Below, in pieces: positions 10,065-19,896 of a stretch of DNA of 64,000 nucleotides. Made by a program: the position numbers and the translations under genes. Origin of the DNA: Phycisphaerales bacterium. Lineage in GTDB: Bacteria > Planctomycetota > Phycisphaerae > Phycisphaerales > SM1A02. The stretch lies in assembly GCA_009692045.1 (NCBI GenBank), contig SIAA01000007.1, positions 3,202 through 67,201 of the forward strand. The letters run 5' to 3'. The number at the start of each line of letters is the position of its first letter. Positions within the stretch are counted from its first letter, which is position 1. The notes beneath the pieces are model-generated. The model searched no databases. It was given only the letters and a program-made list of their open reading frames with translations, and had not been told where the DNA came from.

Positions 10065-10772
10065 ATGCACCTCTGCGGCATCGAGTTCTCGATGCGGTCG
10101 CTCACTCTGTTCACTGGATTGATCGAGCGTGATCTCCTTGGGGGTGCTGCGAGGCACGCCTTCCATCCATCGCTCGCCATCGGTGCAAGTCTGATAGTGG
10201 AGGGAGATGCCGGGTTCCCCGTAGCCGCTAGCGGCCCCCATAGTGGTGACCTGCGCCGGCTAGTTCTCGCCATGAAGTACCTCAATGATCGTGATGCGAG
10301 GTCCCTCGCTTGCGCTCGGCTCTGCCGCGTTCTCCCGACGGAGTGGCCATCGGGAAACCCCCTGATTGTGCCGGTTCCCGGGGCGATTCTCCCCTGGCGC
10401 AACCGCCATGGGAATCATGTACTCGAGCTGGCAGGGGCTGTTGCCTCTCACCATCACCTTGAACTGGCGAACGCCCTGCGGCTCTCTGGTGGCGGCAGAC
10501 AGTCAGGGAAGAGCCGGCGCGGCCGCCTTGAGGCCGCCGATCGATTCAGGGTGAAGCGCGGCTGGATTCGAAGACTCAATGGGCGGAATGCGATCATAAT
10601 TGATGATGTCTTGACCACAGGCGGCACCATGCGCCAAATGGCAAAAGCCCTGCAAATTCACGGGGTTTCACGGGTGTTTGGGCTAGTTGTGTCGGTGAGA
10701 TGCAATCGGGTTCTGCTATCGCGGTTCCCCCCAGTCCATGCACATAGCGGAGCCACCTTGCAACCGGCTTGA
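10065..10772 (+). CDS. comF: ComF-family phosphoribosyltransferase-domain protein
   Basis: C-terminal PRTase motif AIIIDDVLTTGGTMRQMAKAL, and PLIVPVPG typical of ComFC-like proteins. I saw no N-terminal CxxC zinc finger. Confidence 0.68.
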   Translation: MHLCGIEFSMRSLTLFTGLIERDLLGGAARHAFHPSLAIGASLIVEGDAGFPVAASGPHSGDLRRLVLAMKYLNDRDARSLACARLCRVLPTEWPSGNPLIVPVPGAILPWRNRHGNHVLELAGAVASHHHLELANALRLSGGGRQSGKSRRGRLEAADRFRVKRGWIRRLNGRNAIIIDDVLTTGGTMRQMAKALQIHGVSRVFGLVVSVRCNRVLLSRFPPVHAHSGATLQPA

Positions 10773-10796
10773 CAGGGGGACGAAAGTCACTATACT
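10769..10796 (+). promoter_or_regulatory. Candidate sigma-70-type promoter for the 16S rRNA transcription unit
   Basis: TTGACA (10769-10774), a 16-nt spacer, then TATACT (10791-10796). The -35 element overlaps the comF stop codon. It lies about 380 nt upstream of the mature 16S 5' end and is followed at once by a 7-bp hairpin CCTGCTG-caaat-CAGCAGG (10804-10822). Confidence 0.45.
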
Positions 10797-11175
10797 CACC
10801 GATCCTGCTGCAAATCAGCAGGCTCGCTCTCGGCTTTGAAGTTTGGGTCGATTGCGATTCCTCTTTGACAAGTGAACAGTTGGGATAGCCGCGAGGATGT
10901 GTCTGGATCTTGTCCAATGTCACATTGGGCAAGTGAAAGAAACACCGAGTGCCACAGCACTTGGTCTGAACATCCTCTGTGATGCCAAATTTGGCAAATG
11001 GATTCTGCTTCATCGCCAAGGTCGCAAGACCAGGGCGAGGATGTTCTCGAAGTCAGTGGATTTGCCTCCACTGGCGCCAGAGCAGAACTGGTAACTGACC
11101 GGCTCGCGTGCCAGCACGCGAGTCGCCAGGGGCAAAACCTTCATCAGATGGTTTCAGGCGTAAGCCTGTTTTCTC

Positions 11176-12675
<1,500 letters not shown>

Positions 12676-12797
12676 GAATATTCTTAGACGCATAGTGAGA
12701 GCAATCTCACTGGCGAATTCGTCAACACATTCTCGTCCCCGCAAGGGGTAAGTGATGCGGCAACGCGTCAAGTTAGGCACCCAACTGTTTTCTTTAG

Positions 12798-12833
12798 CCG
12801 CCCTCGGTTTACGCCGGGGGCGGTTTCTTTTTT
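12798..12833 (+). terminator. Intrinsic terminator downstream of the 16S rRNA gene
   Basis: 10-bp GC-rich stem CCGCCCTCGG / CCGGGGGCGG (one G-U pair) with a 6-nt loop, followed directly by TTTCTTTTTT. Confidence 0.7.
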
Positions 12834-12916
12834 GCATAGCCATTTCCGTCTGGAAGCGCCGACAACATGCCGAATTCCGCTTGTGATACTGCTCATGTTG
12901 CGGGATAGTGTTGAAC

Positions 12917-13801
12917 ATGAACCGACGAAACTTCATCATGACCTCGGCCGCCGCTGCCGCAGTCTCGCAAGTATCGGTCGGCTCGGCGCCGCAATCAGCC
13001 CCTTCTGGTGATGCGGTGGCGGCAGCTTCAACCAGCGCCCCCAAGACGGGCCGACTCCGCCCCTCGGTTTGCCGCTGGTGTTACGGCGGCATACCGCTCG
13101 CGGTGTTGTGCGAGCAGGTCAAGCCCATGGGGATCGAGTCAATCGAGCTGCTCGGAGAAAACGACTGGGCAGTTGTGAGAGACGCGGGCCTGAGATGCGC
13201 GGTTGCCAATGGCCCGACAGCGATTACCAATGGTCTCAACAATTCTGACAATCACCCTAGGTTTGCCATCGAGTGCGAGAGGCTACTTCCACTGGTGAGG
13301 GCGGCGGGCATTCCCAACATGATTGTGTTCAGCGGTAACCGCGGTGAAGTGAGTGACGAGCAGGGGCTGGCAAACTGTGCAGCTGGCTTGCAACTTGTCA
13401 CGCAGATGGCCGAGGATCAAGGTGTCACCATCGTGATGGAACTACTCAACAGCAAGATCGACCATCGTCGCTACATGTGCGATCACACGGCCTGGGGAGT
13501 CGAACTGGTGAAGCGCGTCGCGAGCGATCGCTTCCGACTCCTCTATGACATCTATCACATGCAGATCATGGAGGGCGATGTGATCCGCACCGTCACAGAC
13601 AACATCGAGCACATCGCCCACTTTCACACCGGCGGCGTGCCAGGGCGCGCCGAACTCAATGAGTCGCAGGAGTTGTTCTACCCAGCGATCTGCACGGCGA
13701 TCGCTGATGCCGGCTATTCCGGATACTTGGGGCAGGAGTTCATTCCCCGAGGGGATCCAATGTCGTCACTTGCCGACGCTGTAAGGCGTTGCACGGTCTG
13801 A
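12917..13801 (+). CDS. Tat-signal sugar phosphate isomerase/epimerase (xylose-isomerase-like TIM barrel, hydroxypyruvate-isomerase-like)
   Basis: Twin-arginine leader MNRRNFIMTSAAAAAV. The body (IESIELL, IVMELLNSKIDH, YDIYHMQIMEGD, HIAHFHTGGVPGR) resembles the AP-endonuclease-2/xylose-isomerase TIM-barrel family. The ORF opens at a GTG at 12908; I prefer the ATG at 12917. Confidence 0.72.
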   Translation: MNRRNFIMTSAAAAAVSQVSVGSAPQSAPSGDAVAAASTSAPKTGRLRPSVCRWCYGGIPLAVLCEQVKPMGIESIELLGENDWAVVRDAGLRCAVANGPTAITNGLNNSDNHPRFAIECERLLPLVRAAGIPNMIVFSGNRGEVSDEQGLANCAAGLQLVTQMAEDQGVTIVMELLNSKIDHRRYMCDHTAWGVELVKRVASDRFRLLYDIYHMQIMEGDVIRTVTDNIEHIAHFHTGGVPGRAELNESQELFYPAICTAIADAGYSGYLGQEFIPRGDPMSSLADAVRRCTV

Positions 13802-13870
13802 ATGTAGCGCTCAGGTTCTCCAGAAGTCGGCATTATCAGCCACGCCGAACCAGACATTCTGTGCTGCGAG

Positions 13871-13900
13871 TTGGTGGGCATTGGGGTGCAATGGGTGCAA
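13871..13900. repeat. Three phased copies of an imperfect 9-10 bp unit in a non-coding region
   Basis: TTGGTGGGCA / TTGGGGTGCA / ATGGGTGCAA. GGGTGCAA is exact at 13884-13891 and 13893-13900. A direct TTGAAT-GG-TTGAAT lies close by at 13913-13926. Confidence 0.35.
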
Positions 13901-14145
13901 GTTTTCCCAAACTTGAATGGTTGAATCTTTTCAAGATTGCGCTTGCGGCATGCCCCTGCTGATCTACATTCGCGGTGCAGGAGTGGAGTGGGCCGCCGCG
14001 GGGCGGTCATGGAGCCATCCATTGTGGATGCGCGAACTCCTCCTGAGTCGCGATCAGCATTGGATAGCAGAGCTACGGGGTGGTGCGCATTTATGCGTGT
14101 CGCCCAACAGCGCGGCGCTCTGCTCCGGTTCTCACTCCTGTCAGG

Positions 14146-14195
14146 GCGCCGAGGCAGGCTTCATCGTGGGGAAGCCGCCCGGCGCTGTTTTATTT
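14146..14195 (+). terminator. Orphan strong hairpin plus T-run, an intrinsic-terminator-like element on the + strand
   Basis: GCGCCG-a-GGC-a-GGCTTC-atcgtggg-GAAGCC-GCC-CGGCGC gives about 15 bp of stem, followed by TGTTTTATTT. It sits about 345 nt past the nearest + strand stop (13801). The complementary strand has no U-run after the hairpin. Confidence 0.5.
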
Positions 14196-14221
14196 AGCCG
14201 CCAACTGCGATTAGGGTTGTT

Positions 14222-14812
14222 TCAGTCGAAACCCTGAACATACCCCGCACCACCTCTGGCGTAGGGATCAAAGTTCCCTAGGAAGTCGCCCGAGCCGGCG
14301 AAGCGGTTGTCGATAGCGGGAATGAATCCTGAACCAGCTCCGTTGTCATAAACATGCACGGAGTAGTTGTCACTCCCGCCAGAGCTCAACATGGACGATC
14401 CCATTGGGTGCATATTTGGTGATGTCACGCCTGTTCGACTGTAGTAGTTCCACTGCCAGTTAGAAGCGACAGGAATATGCGTCATGGTTTCACCGCTGTA
14501 GGGCGAGAAGCCGGAGCCGCCACCCGCGGCACTCGCCGCTGAGCCGCCACCCGCGGCGGCAGTTGCATCTGCTGAGCTATCCGTCGAGCCGTGCAGGTGA
14601 TAGTGAACGCTGGCCGGCAGTGCTGCCGAGTTCAAGAGCGCACTCGAGCTGACGATGGCCGGCGTCCCACCAAAACCAACTCCGGATGGCAGAAGATTGG
14701 GATCAGTAATGGTCGGCGGTCCCACTGTGGAGTAGGTCGCATCCTGAGCGCGACCTCCCAGAAATAGCAACACGATGCAGGGAACTAGCAAACTGTTCAG
14801 TCTCTGTGTCAT
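14222..14812 (-). CDS. Hypothetical secreted Gly/Ser/Ala-rich protein
   Basis: Signal-like MTQRLNSLLVPCIVLLFLGGRAQD. Low-complexity AAAGGGSAASAAGGGSG. I recognise no catalytic motif. The start is set at the ATG at 14812, not 14914, to avoid running into the tkt start. Confidence 0.45.
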   Translation of the reverse strand: MTQRLNSLLVPCIVLLFLGGRAQDATYSTVGPPTITDPNLLPSGVGFGGTPAIVSSSALLNSAALPASVHYHLHGSTDSSADATAAAGGGSAASAAGGGSGFSPYSGETMTHIPVASNWQWNYYSRTGVTSPNMHPMGSSMLSSGGSDNYSVHVYDNGAGSGFIPAIDNRFAGSGDFLGNFDPYARGGAGYVQGFD

Positions 14813-14868
14813 GGGGTTCTCACAAATCGAGAGGCTATCATCGCGCGCCGATCCACTAGGAGACATAC

Positions 14869-16983
14869 ATGGGAGTTGCGCAGTTACCTCAGCAAATGGC
14901 AGGACTACCGGCAAGCGCCTCGGAGATCGATGCGCTTGCTATCAATACCATCCGCACGCTGGCGATGGATGCAGTTCAGGCCGCCGAGAGCGGCCACCCG
15001 GGAACCCCGATGGCTCTGGCGCCAGTGGCGTACTCCCTGTGGCAACGAATCCTGCGCTATGACCCGACACATCCGCACTGGATGGACCGTGACAGATTCG
15101 TCCTCTCGAATGGTCACGCCTCAATGCTGCTCTACTCGCTGATTCATTTGGCTGGTGTGCCCGAGTGCGATCAGCGCACGGGCAAGTTGACGGGTAAGCA
15201 AGCCGTGCCTCTAGAGGACATCAAACGATTCAGGCAGATCGGGAGCAAGTGCCCAGGTCATCCCGAGTATGGGTGGACCACCGGTGTGGAGACGACGACA
15301 GGGCCGCTAGGGCAGGGCTGCGCAACAAGTGTTGGGATGGCAATCGCATCACGGTGGCTGGCAACCCGTTACAACAAGCCAGGGTTTGAACTCTTCACTC
15401 ATCGAGTGTGGACCATCTGCGGCGACGGTTGCATGATGGAGGGCATCACGGGCGAGGCCGCGAGCCTGGCGGGTCATCTGAAACTCGGCAATCTGTGCTG
15501 GATTTATGACAGCAATCACATCACGATTGAGGGCAATACTTCGCTGGCGTATTCGGATGATGCCGCCATGAGGTTCTCTGGTTACGGCTGGGCTGTTCGC
15601 CATGTGTCGGACGCCAATGACATCGATGCCGTGGCATCAGCGTGTCAGAGCGCCCGGGTTGCATCTCAACCAACGCTGATCATCGTCAACAGCCACATCG
15701 GGTGGGGCGCTCCCACCAAACAGGACACGGCATCCGCCCATGGCGAAGCACTCGGGGTAGAAGAGATCAAGGGAGCCAAACGGTTCTATCACTGGCCCGA
15801 GGATGCGCAGTTCCTAGTTCCCGAAGGCGTGGTAGCCCATTTCCAAGAAGGTGTAGGAGCGCGCGGAGCCGAATTGAGCGCCAAGTGGCGCGACCTATTC
15901 GCGGTCTACTCATCCAAGTATCCCGAGTTGGCGCGCGAGATCCAGTGGATGAATCGACGCGAACTTCCACCAGGATGGGAGACGGACTTGCCGGGGTTCC
16001 CCGTTGACGCCAAGGGAGTCGCAACTCGCATCTCCGGCAGCAAGGTGCTGAATGCCATTGCTAGGAGAGTTCCATGGATGGTGGGTGGATCGGCTGATCT
16101 TGCCCCCAGTACCAAGACTCTCATCGATGGCTCCGGATCAGTCGGCCCGGAGTCATTCGCTGGTTGCAACATGCACTACGGCATTCGCGAGCACGCCATG
16201 GGCGCGGTGTGCAATGGGATGGCGCTATCAGGACTGCGATCCTATGGTGCGGGCTTCCTAATCTTCAGCGATTACATGCGAGGATCGATTCGTCTCTCCG
16301 CATTGATGGAACTTCCTGTGATCTATGTATTCACTCATGACTCCATCGGACTTGGGGAGGATGGCCCTACCCATCAGCCGATTGAACAACTCGCATCACT
16401 GCGAGCGTTGCCGGGTCTGAATGTCTATCGCCCCTGTGATGCCAACGAAACCGTGGCCTGCTGGTGTGAGGCGATGCGTCACGTCCACCAACCCAGCGTG
16501 CTGGCTCTTTCCCGGCAGAATCTGCCGACCCAGAGTGCCACCGCCGCGCTGGCTGGCGAGGGGTGCGCCCGCGGCGCCTATGTGCTTTCTGAGGCGCCCT
16601 CGGGCGCGCCTCAGGTGATTCTGCTGGCAAGTGGCAGCGAAGTGGCGCTGTGCGTGGATGCACAGACGGCTCTAGCGAAAGAGGGCATCCAGGCGCGCGT
16701 GGTGAGCATGCCATGCTGGGAGGCCTTCGATCAACAGTCTGGGGAGTATCACGAGCAGGTGTTGCCGCGCTCCATTCGCGCTCGTGTGGGCGTTGAGGCT
16801 GGAAGCACTTTCGGTTGGGAGCGTTACTGCGGCAATGAGGGTGGACTGATCGGAATGCGGAGCTTTGGCGCCTCGGCACCGATCAAAGACCTCATGAGTC
16901 ACTTTGGATTCTCCTCGGCGGCCGTGGTGGCGAAGGCCAAGGAGCAGCTGGCATACTGGGGTAAACAGGCGAAGGGCTCATGA
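14869..16983 (+). CDS. tkt: Transketolase
   Basis: AINTIRTLAMDAVQAAESGHPGTPMALAPV, FVLSNGHASMLLYSL, CGDGCMMEGI (TPP-binding), YGIREHAMGA and THDSIGLGEDGPTHQPIE. An AGGAG lies 6 nt upstream of the ATG. Confidence 0.95.
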   Translation: MGVAQLPQQMAGLPASASEIDALAINTIRTLAMDAVQAAESGHPGTPMALAPVAYSLWQRILRYDPTHPHWMDRDRFVLSNGHASMLLYSLIHLAGVPECDQRTGKLTGKQAVPLEDIKRFRQIGSKCPGHPEYGWTTGVETTTGPLGQGCATSVGMAIASRWLATRYNKPGFELFTHRVWTICGDGCMMEGITGEAASLAGHLKLGNLCWIYDSNHITIEGNTSLAYSDDAAMRFSGYGWAVRHVSDANDIDAVASACQSARVASQPTLIIVNSHIGWGAPTKQDTASAHGEALGVEEIKGAKRFYHWPEDAQFLVPEGVVAHFQEGVGARGAELSAKWRDLFAVYSSKYPELAREIQWMNRRELPPGWETDLPGFPVDAKGVATRISGSKVLNAIARRVPWMVGGSADLAPSTKTLIDGSGSVGPESFAGCNMHYGIREHAMGAVCNGMALSGLRSYGAGFLIFSDYMRGSIRLSALMELPVIYVFTHDSIGLGEDGPTHQPIEQLASLRALPGLNVYRPCDANETVACWCEAMRHVHQPSVLALSRQNLPTQSATAALAGEGCARGAYVLSEAPSGAPQVILLASGSEVALCVDAQTALAKEGIQARVVSMPCWEAFDQQSGEYHEQVLPRSIRARVGVEAGSTFGWERYCGNEGGLIGMRSFGASAPIKDLMSHFGFSSAAVVAKAKEQLAYWGKQAKGS

Positions 16984-17486
16984 AAGTTGCTGTCGCTTGC
17001 GACCACGCGGCATTCACCCTCAAGCAGGACCTGTTGCCGGTGATTGTCGCACTTGGCCACGAGCCAACTGACTTGGGGACCAACTCGCTTGAGGCAGTGG
17101 ACTATCCCGACTTTGCCGCGAAACTGGCGCTCGAGGTCTTGTCCGGTAGGTGCCGACGCGGGATTCTTCTCTGTGGATCGGGTGTTGGAGCAAGTGTCGC
17201 TGCCAACAAGTTTCCCGGCATTCGCGCGGGTAACTGCGCCGATCACTACTCCGCGCATCAGGGAGTAGAGCACGATGACATGAATGTGTTGGTCCTCGGG
17301 GGGCGAATCATTGGCCTCGCCGTCGCCCAAGAGTTGGTTTCAGCGTTTCTCTCGGCCGAGTACACCAACGAACCAAGGCATGCGCGCCGGCTGGCCAAGG
17401 TGCTGAAGATCGAGGCCGATGCTGCGCGGTTGGCGAATCTGGCCGTACACTCTCCGACCCTAACTTCCCCCAAAGAAAAACCATGA
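16980..17486 (+). CDS. rpiB: Ribose-5-phosphate isomerase B
   Basis: [15 protein letters not shown] and [27 protein letters not shown] overlap with the tkt stop. Confidence 0.9.
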   Translation: MKVAVACDHAAFTLKQDLLPVIVALGHEPTDLGTNSLEAVDYPDFAAKLALEVLSGRCRRGILLCGSGVGASVAANKFPGIRAGNCADHYSAHQGVEHDDMNVLVLGGRIIGLAVAQELVSAFLSAEYTNEPRHARRLAKVLKIEADAARLANLAVHSPTLTSPKEKP

Positions 17487-18406
17487 AGTCACTATCAATA
17501 ATCGCCGGTTCAGTCCTTCTCGCCGCCACAGCCTCAGCCCAGCAGGTCGCCAAGAGCGCGACCGACTACGCAACACTGCCGCCCGAACCGGCCGCAGCCG
17601 AGCAGAGTCTGTCGGCAGCCAAGGTAACCCTCGCCAGTGCCATGGCAGCAGCCGCGTCAGCGGTGCACGGCACGGTTCTCTCGGCGCGCGCCCTCACGGA
17701 TGATGACACGGTCACCTATGAGATTCTGTGCAGCACTAATGGAATCACCAAGCGCGTCACCGTCGATGGCAACTCGGGAGCCGTTACGGGAGCGACTATG
17801 ACCCTGGAGTCAGGTCTGGCCACGGCCATGAAGTTGCACGATGGGTTTGTTCAGTCTGTCGAGGCGGACTTCATGGCGACACCGCCAACCGTGCGAGTCA
17901 TGATCTATCTAGGAGGAAAGGGATACGCAGTGACAATGAATGCATCTACTGGAGACACTATTTCAGATACCGAGATTCCCTGGCTTCCGGGTGTGTCATT
18001 CACCGGAGAGTTGCAGGAGACTCCCAGTGGATTGAAGTATGTGGAGTTGCTCGAAGGCACAGGACCAACGCCGCCTTCTCCTAGCACCACGGTAAAGGTT
18101 CACTACACCGGGTATCTGGTGGATGGCACCAAGTTCGATAGTTCGGTCGATCGGGGTCAGCCGGCCGACTTCCCCCTCGACCGCGTGGTGAAGGGATGGG
18201 GCGAGGGCGTGGGTTCGATGAAGGTTGGCGGCAAGCGCAAGTTGATCATTCCCGCTTCGCTTGGCTATGGCGAGCGTGGTGGCGGCCCGATTCCACCCAA
18301 TGCCACCCTGGTGTTCGATGTTGAGTTGGTTGAGATCGTTGCCGCACCGCCCAAGGCTGATCCAGTGGGCGTAGCACCCACTCGTCCCGTCTCTGGCGTC
18401 AAGTAA
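17483..18406 (+). CDS. Secreted FKBP-type peptidyl-prolyl isomerase with an N-terminal PepSY-like repeat region
   Basis: Signal [19 protein letters not shown]. Two PepSY-like segments ([17 protein letters not shown]...YEILC...[10 protein letters not shown] and [14 protein letters not shown]...VTMNASTGD). FKBP core [22 protein letters not shown]...[27 protein letters not shown]...[20 protein letters not shown] overlap with rpiB. Confidence 0.82.
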   Translation: MKSLSIIAGSVLLAATASAQQVAKSATDYATLPPEPAAAEQSLSAAKVTLASAMAAAASAVHGTVLSARALTDDDTVTYEILCSTNGITKRVTVDGNSGAVTGATMTLESGLATAMKLHDGFVQSVEADFMATPPTVRVMIYLGGKGYAVTMNASTGDTISDTEIPWLPGVSFTGELQETPSGLKYVELLEGTGPTPPSPSTTVKVHYTGYLVDGTKFDSSVDRGQPADFPLDRVVKGWGEGVGSMKVGGKRKLIIPASLGYGERGGGPIPPNATLVFDVELVEIVAAPPKADPVGVAPTRPVSGVK

Positions 18407-18409
18407 GGC

Positions 18410-18757
18410 TCACTCTGGGTCTTTGTCGGGCGGTGGCATCTTCTTGGGCGGAGGATCGTTGCTGTCGCCATACTGCTCATCAATCTGTTTCTGGATCGCC
18501 TTGTCGCGTTCCTTCATCTTGTCGACCCCACGCATCACGGCGTCGCGCGCCTTCCCCGGCACCGAGCTACTTCCGCCCGTCATCTGCGTTCCCGAGGCAG
18601 GCTTGCCTGCCAGTGATGCCACGGGTGGTTCAGGCTTGGGCTGATCGGCGGCAGTAGAGCGCTTGCCGCTGCCCGCATCCTCATCGCAGGAAGTGCAGAC
18701 GAGCAGAATGATCACGGCGGCAGTGGTGCGAAGGTGGTGAGTGGTGGTTGATGTCAT
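18410..18757 (-). CDS. Small hypothetical exported protein, possibly a lipoprotein
   Basis: Hydrophobic leader AAVIILLVCTSCDED followed by a charged, low-complexity Pro/Lys/Asp-rich body. 4-nt overlap with the upstream aminopeptidase stop. Confidence 0.42.
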   Translation of the reverse strand: MTSTTTHHLRTTAAVIILLVCTSCDEDAGSGKRSTAADQPKPEPPVASLAGKPASGTQMTGGSSSVPGKARDAVMRGVDKMKERDKAIQKQIDEQYGDSNDPPPKKMPPPDKDPE

Positions 18758-19884
18758 TGCTGCCTCAATAGATTACTGGGGTTCAGCGGCTTCAGATCAC
18801 TCACCACGAACATGCCATCGCGGCGGATGACCTCGCCATCGAAGGAAATCGTGCCGCCTCCGTACTCGGGGCGCTGGATGCAGACCATGTCCCAGTGGAT
18901 TCGGCTCTTGTTGCCATTGCTGGCTTCCTTATAGCAGTTGCCGGGGGTGAAATGGAAGCTGCCCGCGATCTTCTCATCAAAGAGCGTGTCCTTCATGGGC
19001 TCAAGAATGTGAGGATTGAATCCGATGGCGAATTCGCCGATGTAGCGAGCACCCTCATCGGTGTTGAAGATGGCCTCTAGCTTGTCCGTGTCGCTGCGGG
19101 CCGAGCACTTCACGATCTTGCCCCGCTTGAACTCCAGGCGCACATCCTCAAAGGTATTGCCGTTGTAGTTGGTGGCGGCGTTGTAATGCACCACGCCTTC
19201 GACGCTATCGCGAATCGGAGCGGTGTACACCTCGCCATCGGGAATGTTGCGATCACCGCAACAGGGTACGACTCCGATGTTCTTTATGGAGAACCGCAGA
19301 TCGTTGGCGCCGGGGCCTTTGATATGCACGCGGTCGGTGCGTTGCATTCGCTTCACCAGAGCCGAGGCGGCCTTGCCCATGCGGCGATAGTCGAGGCAGC
19401 AGACATTGAAGTAGAAATCTTCGAAGTCCTCTGTCGACTTCTGCGCCAGTTGCGCCATCGAGGGACTGGGCCAGCGCAGGACGCACCAGCGAGTGTGATT
19501 GACGCGGTAGTCCAGATGCACCGGCTTCTGATAGAGCGCCGCCACTCGTTGCATCTGCTGGCCAGAAACGCCGCTCATCTCGTTGACATTGTCGGCGCCT
19601 CGAATGGCTATGTAACAGTTCATGCGCTTCATCCGGGCCAGATCGATGGCGGACCACGCTTTCAGTTGATCATCGAGGGCGCCGTTATTCAGGGCCCGCA
19701 TTACCCGGGTGCGCCGCAGCTCCACATGGGGATGGCCGCCGACAGCCCGGGCCTCGGCAACGAGCGCCACCGCCACTTCGTCCGGGCAGTCAAAGGTCTC
19801 GATGAGAAGGTGCTCGCCTCTGCGCAGCGATACCGACTGCCGAACAAGATTGCGCGCCAGTGAAGTAAGCCGAGGATCGATCAT
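18754..19884 (-). CDS. M29-family (AmpS/PepS-type) aminopeptidase
   Basis: The length and overall pattern (LARNLVRQSVSLRRGEHLLI..., GEFAIGFNP, HFTPGN, IHWDMV) resemble thermophilic-metalloprotease M29 aminopeptidases. Confidence 0.78.
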   Translation of the reverse strand: MIDPRLTSLARNLVRQSVSLRRGEHLLIETFDCPDEVAVALVAEARAVGGHPHVELRRTRVMRALNNGALDDQLKAWSAIDLARMKRMNCYIAIRGADNVNEMSGVSGQQMQRVAALYQKPVHLDYRVNHTRWCVLRWPSPSMAQLAQKSTEDFEDFYFNVCCLDYRRMGKAASALVKRMQRTDRVHIKGPGANDLRFSIKNIGVVPCCGDRNIPDGEVYTAPIRDSVEGVVHYNAATNYNGNTFEDVRLEFKRGKIVKCSARSDTDKLEAIFNTDEGARYIGEFAIGFNPHILEPMKDTLFDEKIAGSFHFTPGNCYKEASNGNKSRIHWDMVCIQRPEYGGGTISFDGEVIRRDGMFVVSDLKPLNPSNLLRQQ

Positions 19885-19896
19885 GGGAGGGGCAGT

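Noticed and set aside
10594-11071. Minus-strand ORFs of 141 and 91 codons spanning the comF 3' end and the rRNA leader
   Set aside because: No motifs and atypical composition. The region is better explained as the rRNA promoter and leader with hairpins.
13978-14140. 8-bp perfect long-range complementarity (CAGGAGTG at 13978-13985 versus CACTCCTG at 14133-14140), suggestive of a closing helix
   Set aside because: In a 400-nt region roughly one such 8-mer pairing is expected by chance. It is not evidence of structure on its own.
13917-14237. 106-codon and 86-codon + strand ORFs in the 13.8-14.2 kb gap
   Set aside because: No SD and no recognisable motifs. One is Arg-rich, and the other ends inside the terminator hairpin and overlaps the convergent gene. 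They are kept only as an alternative explanation under the non-coding-island finding.
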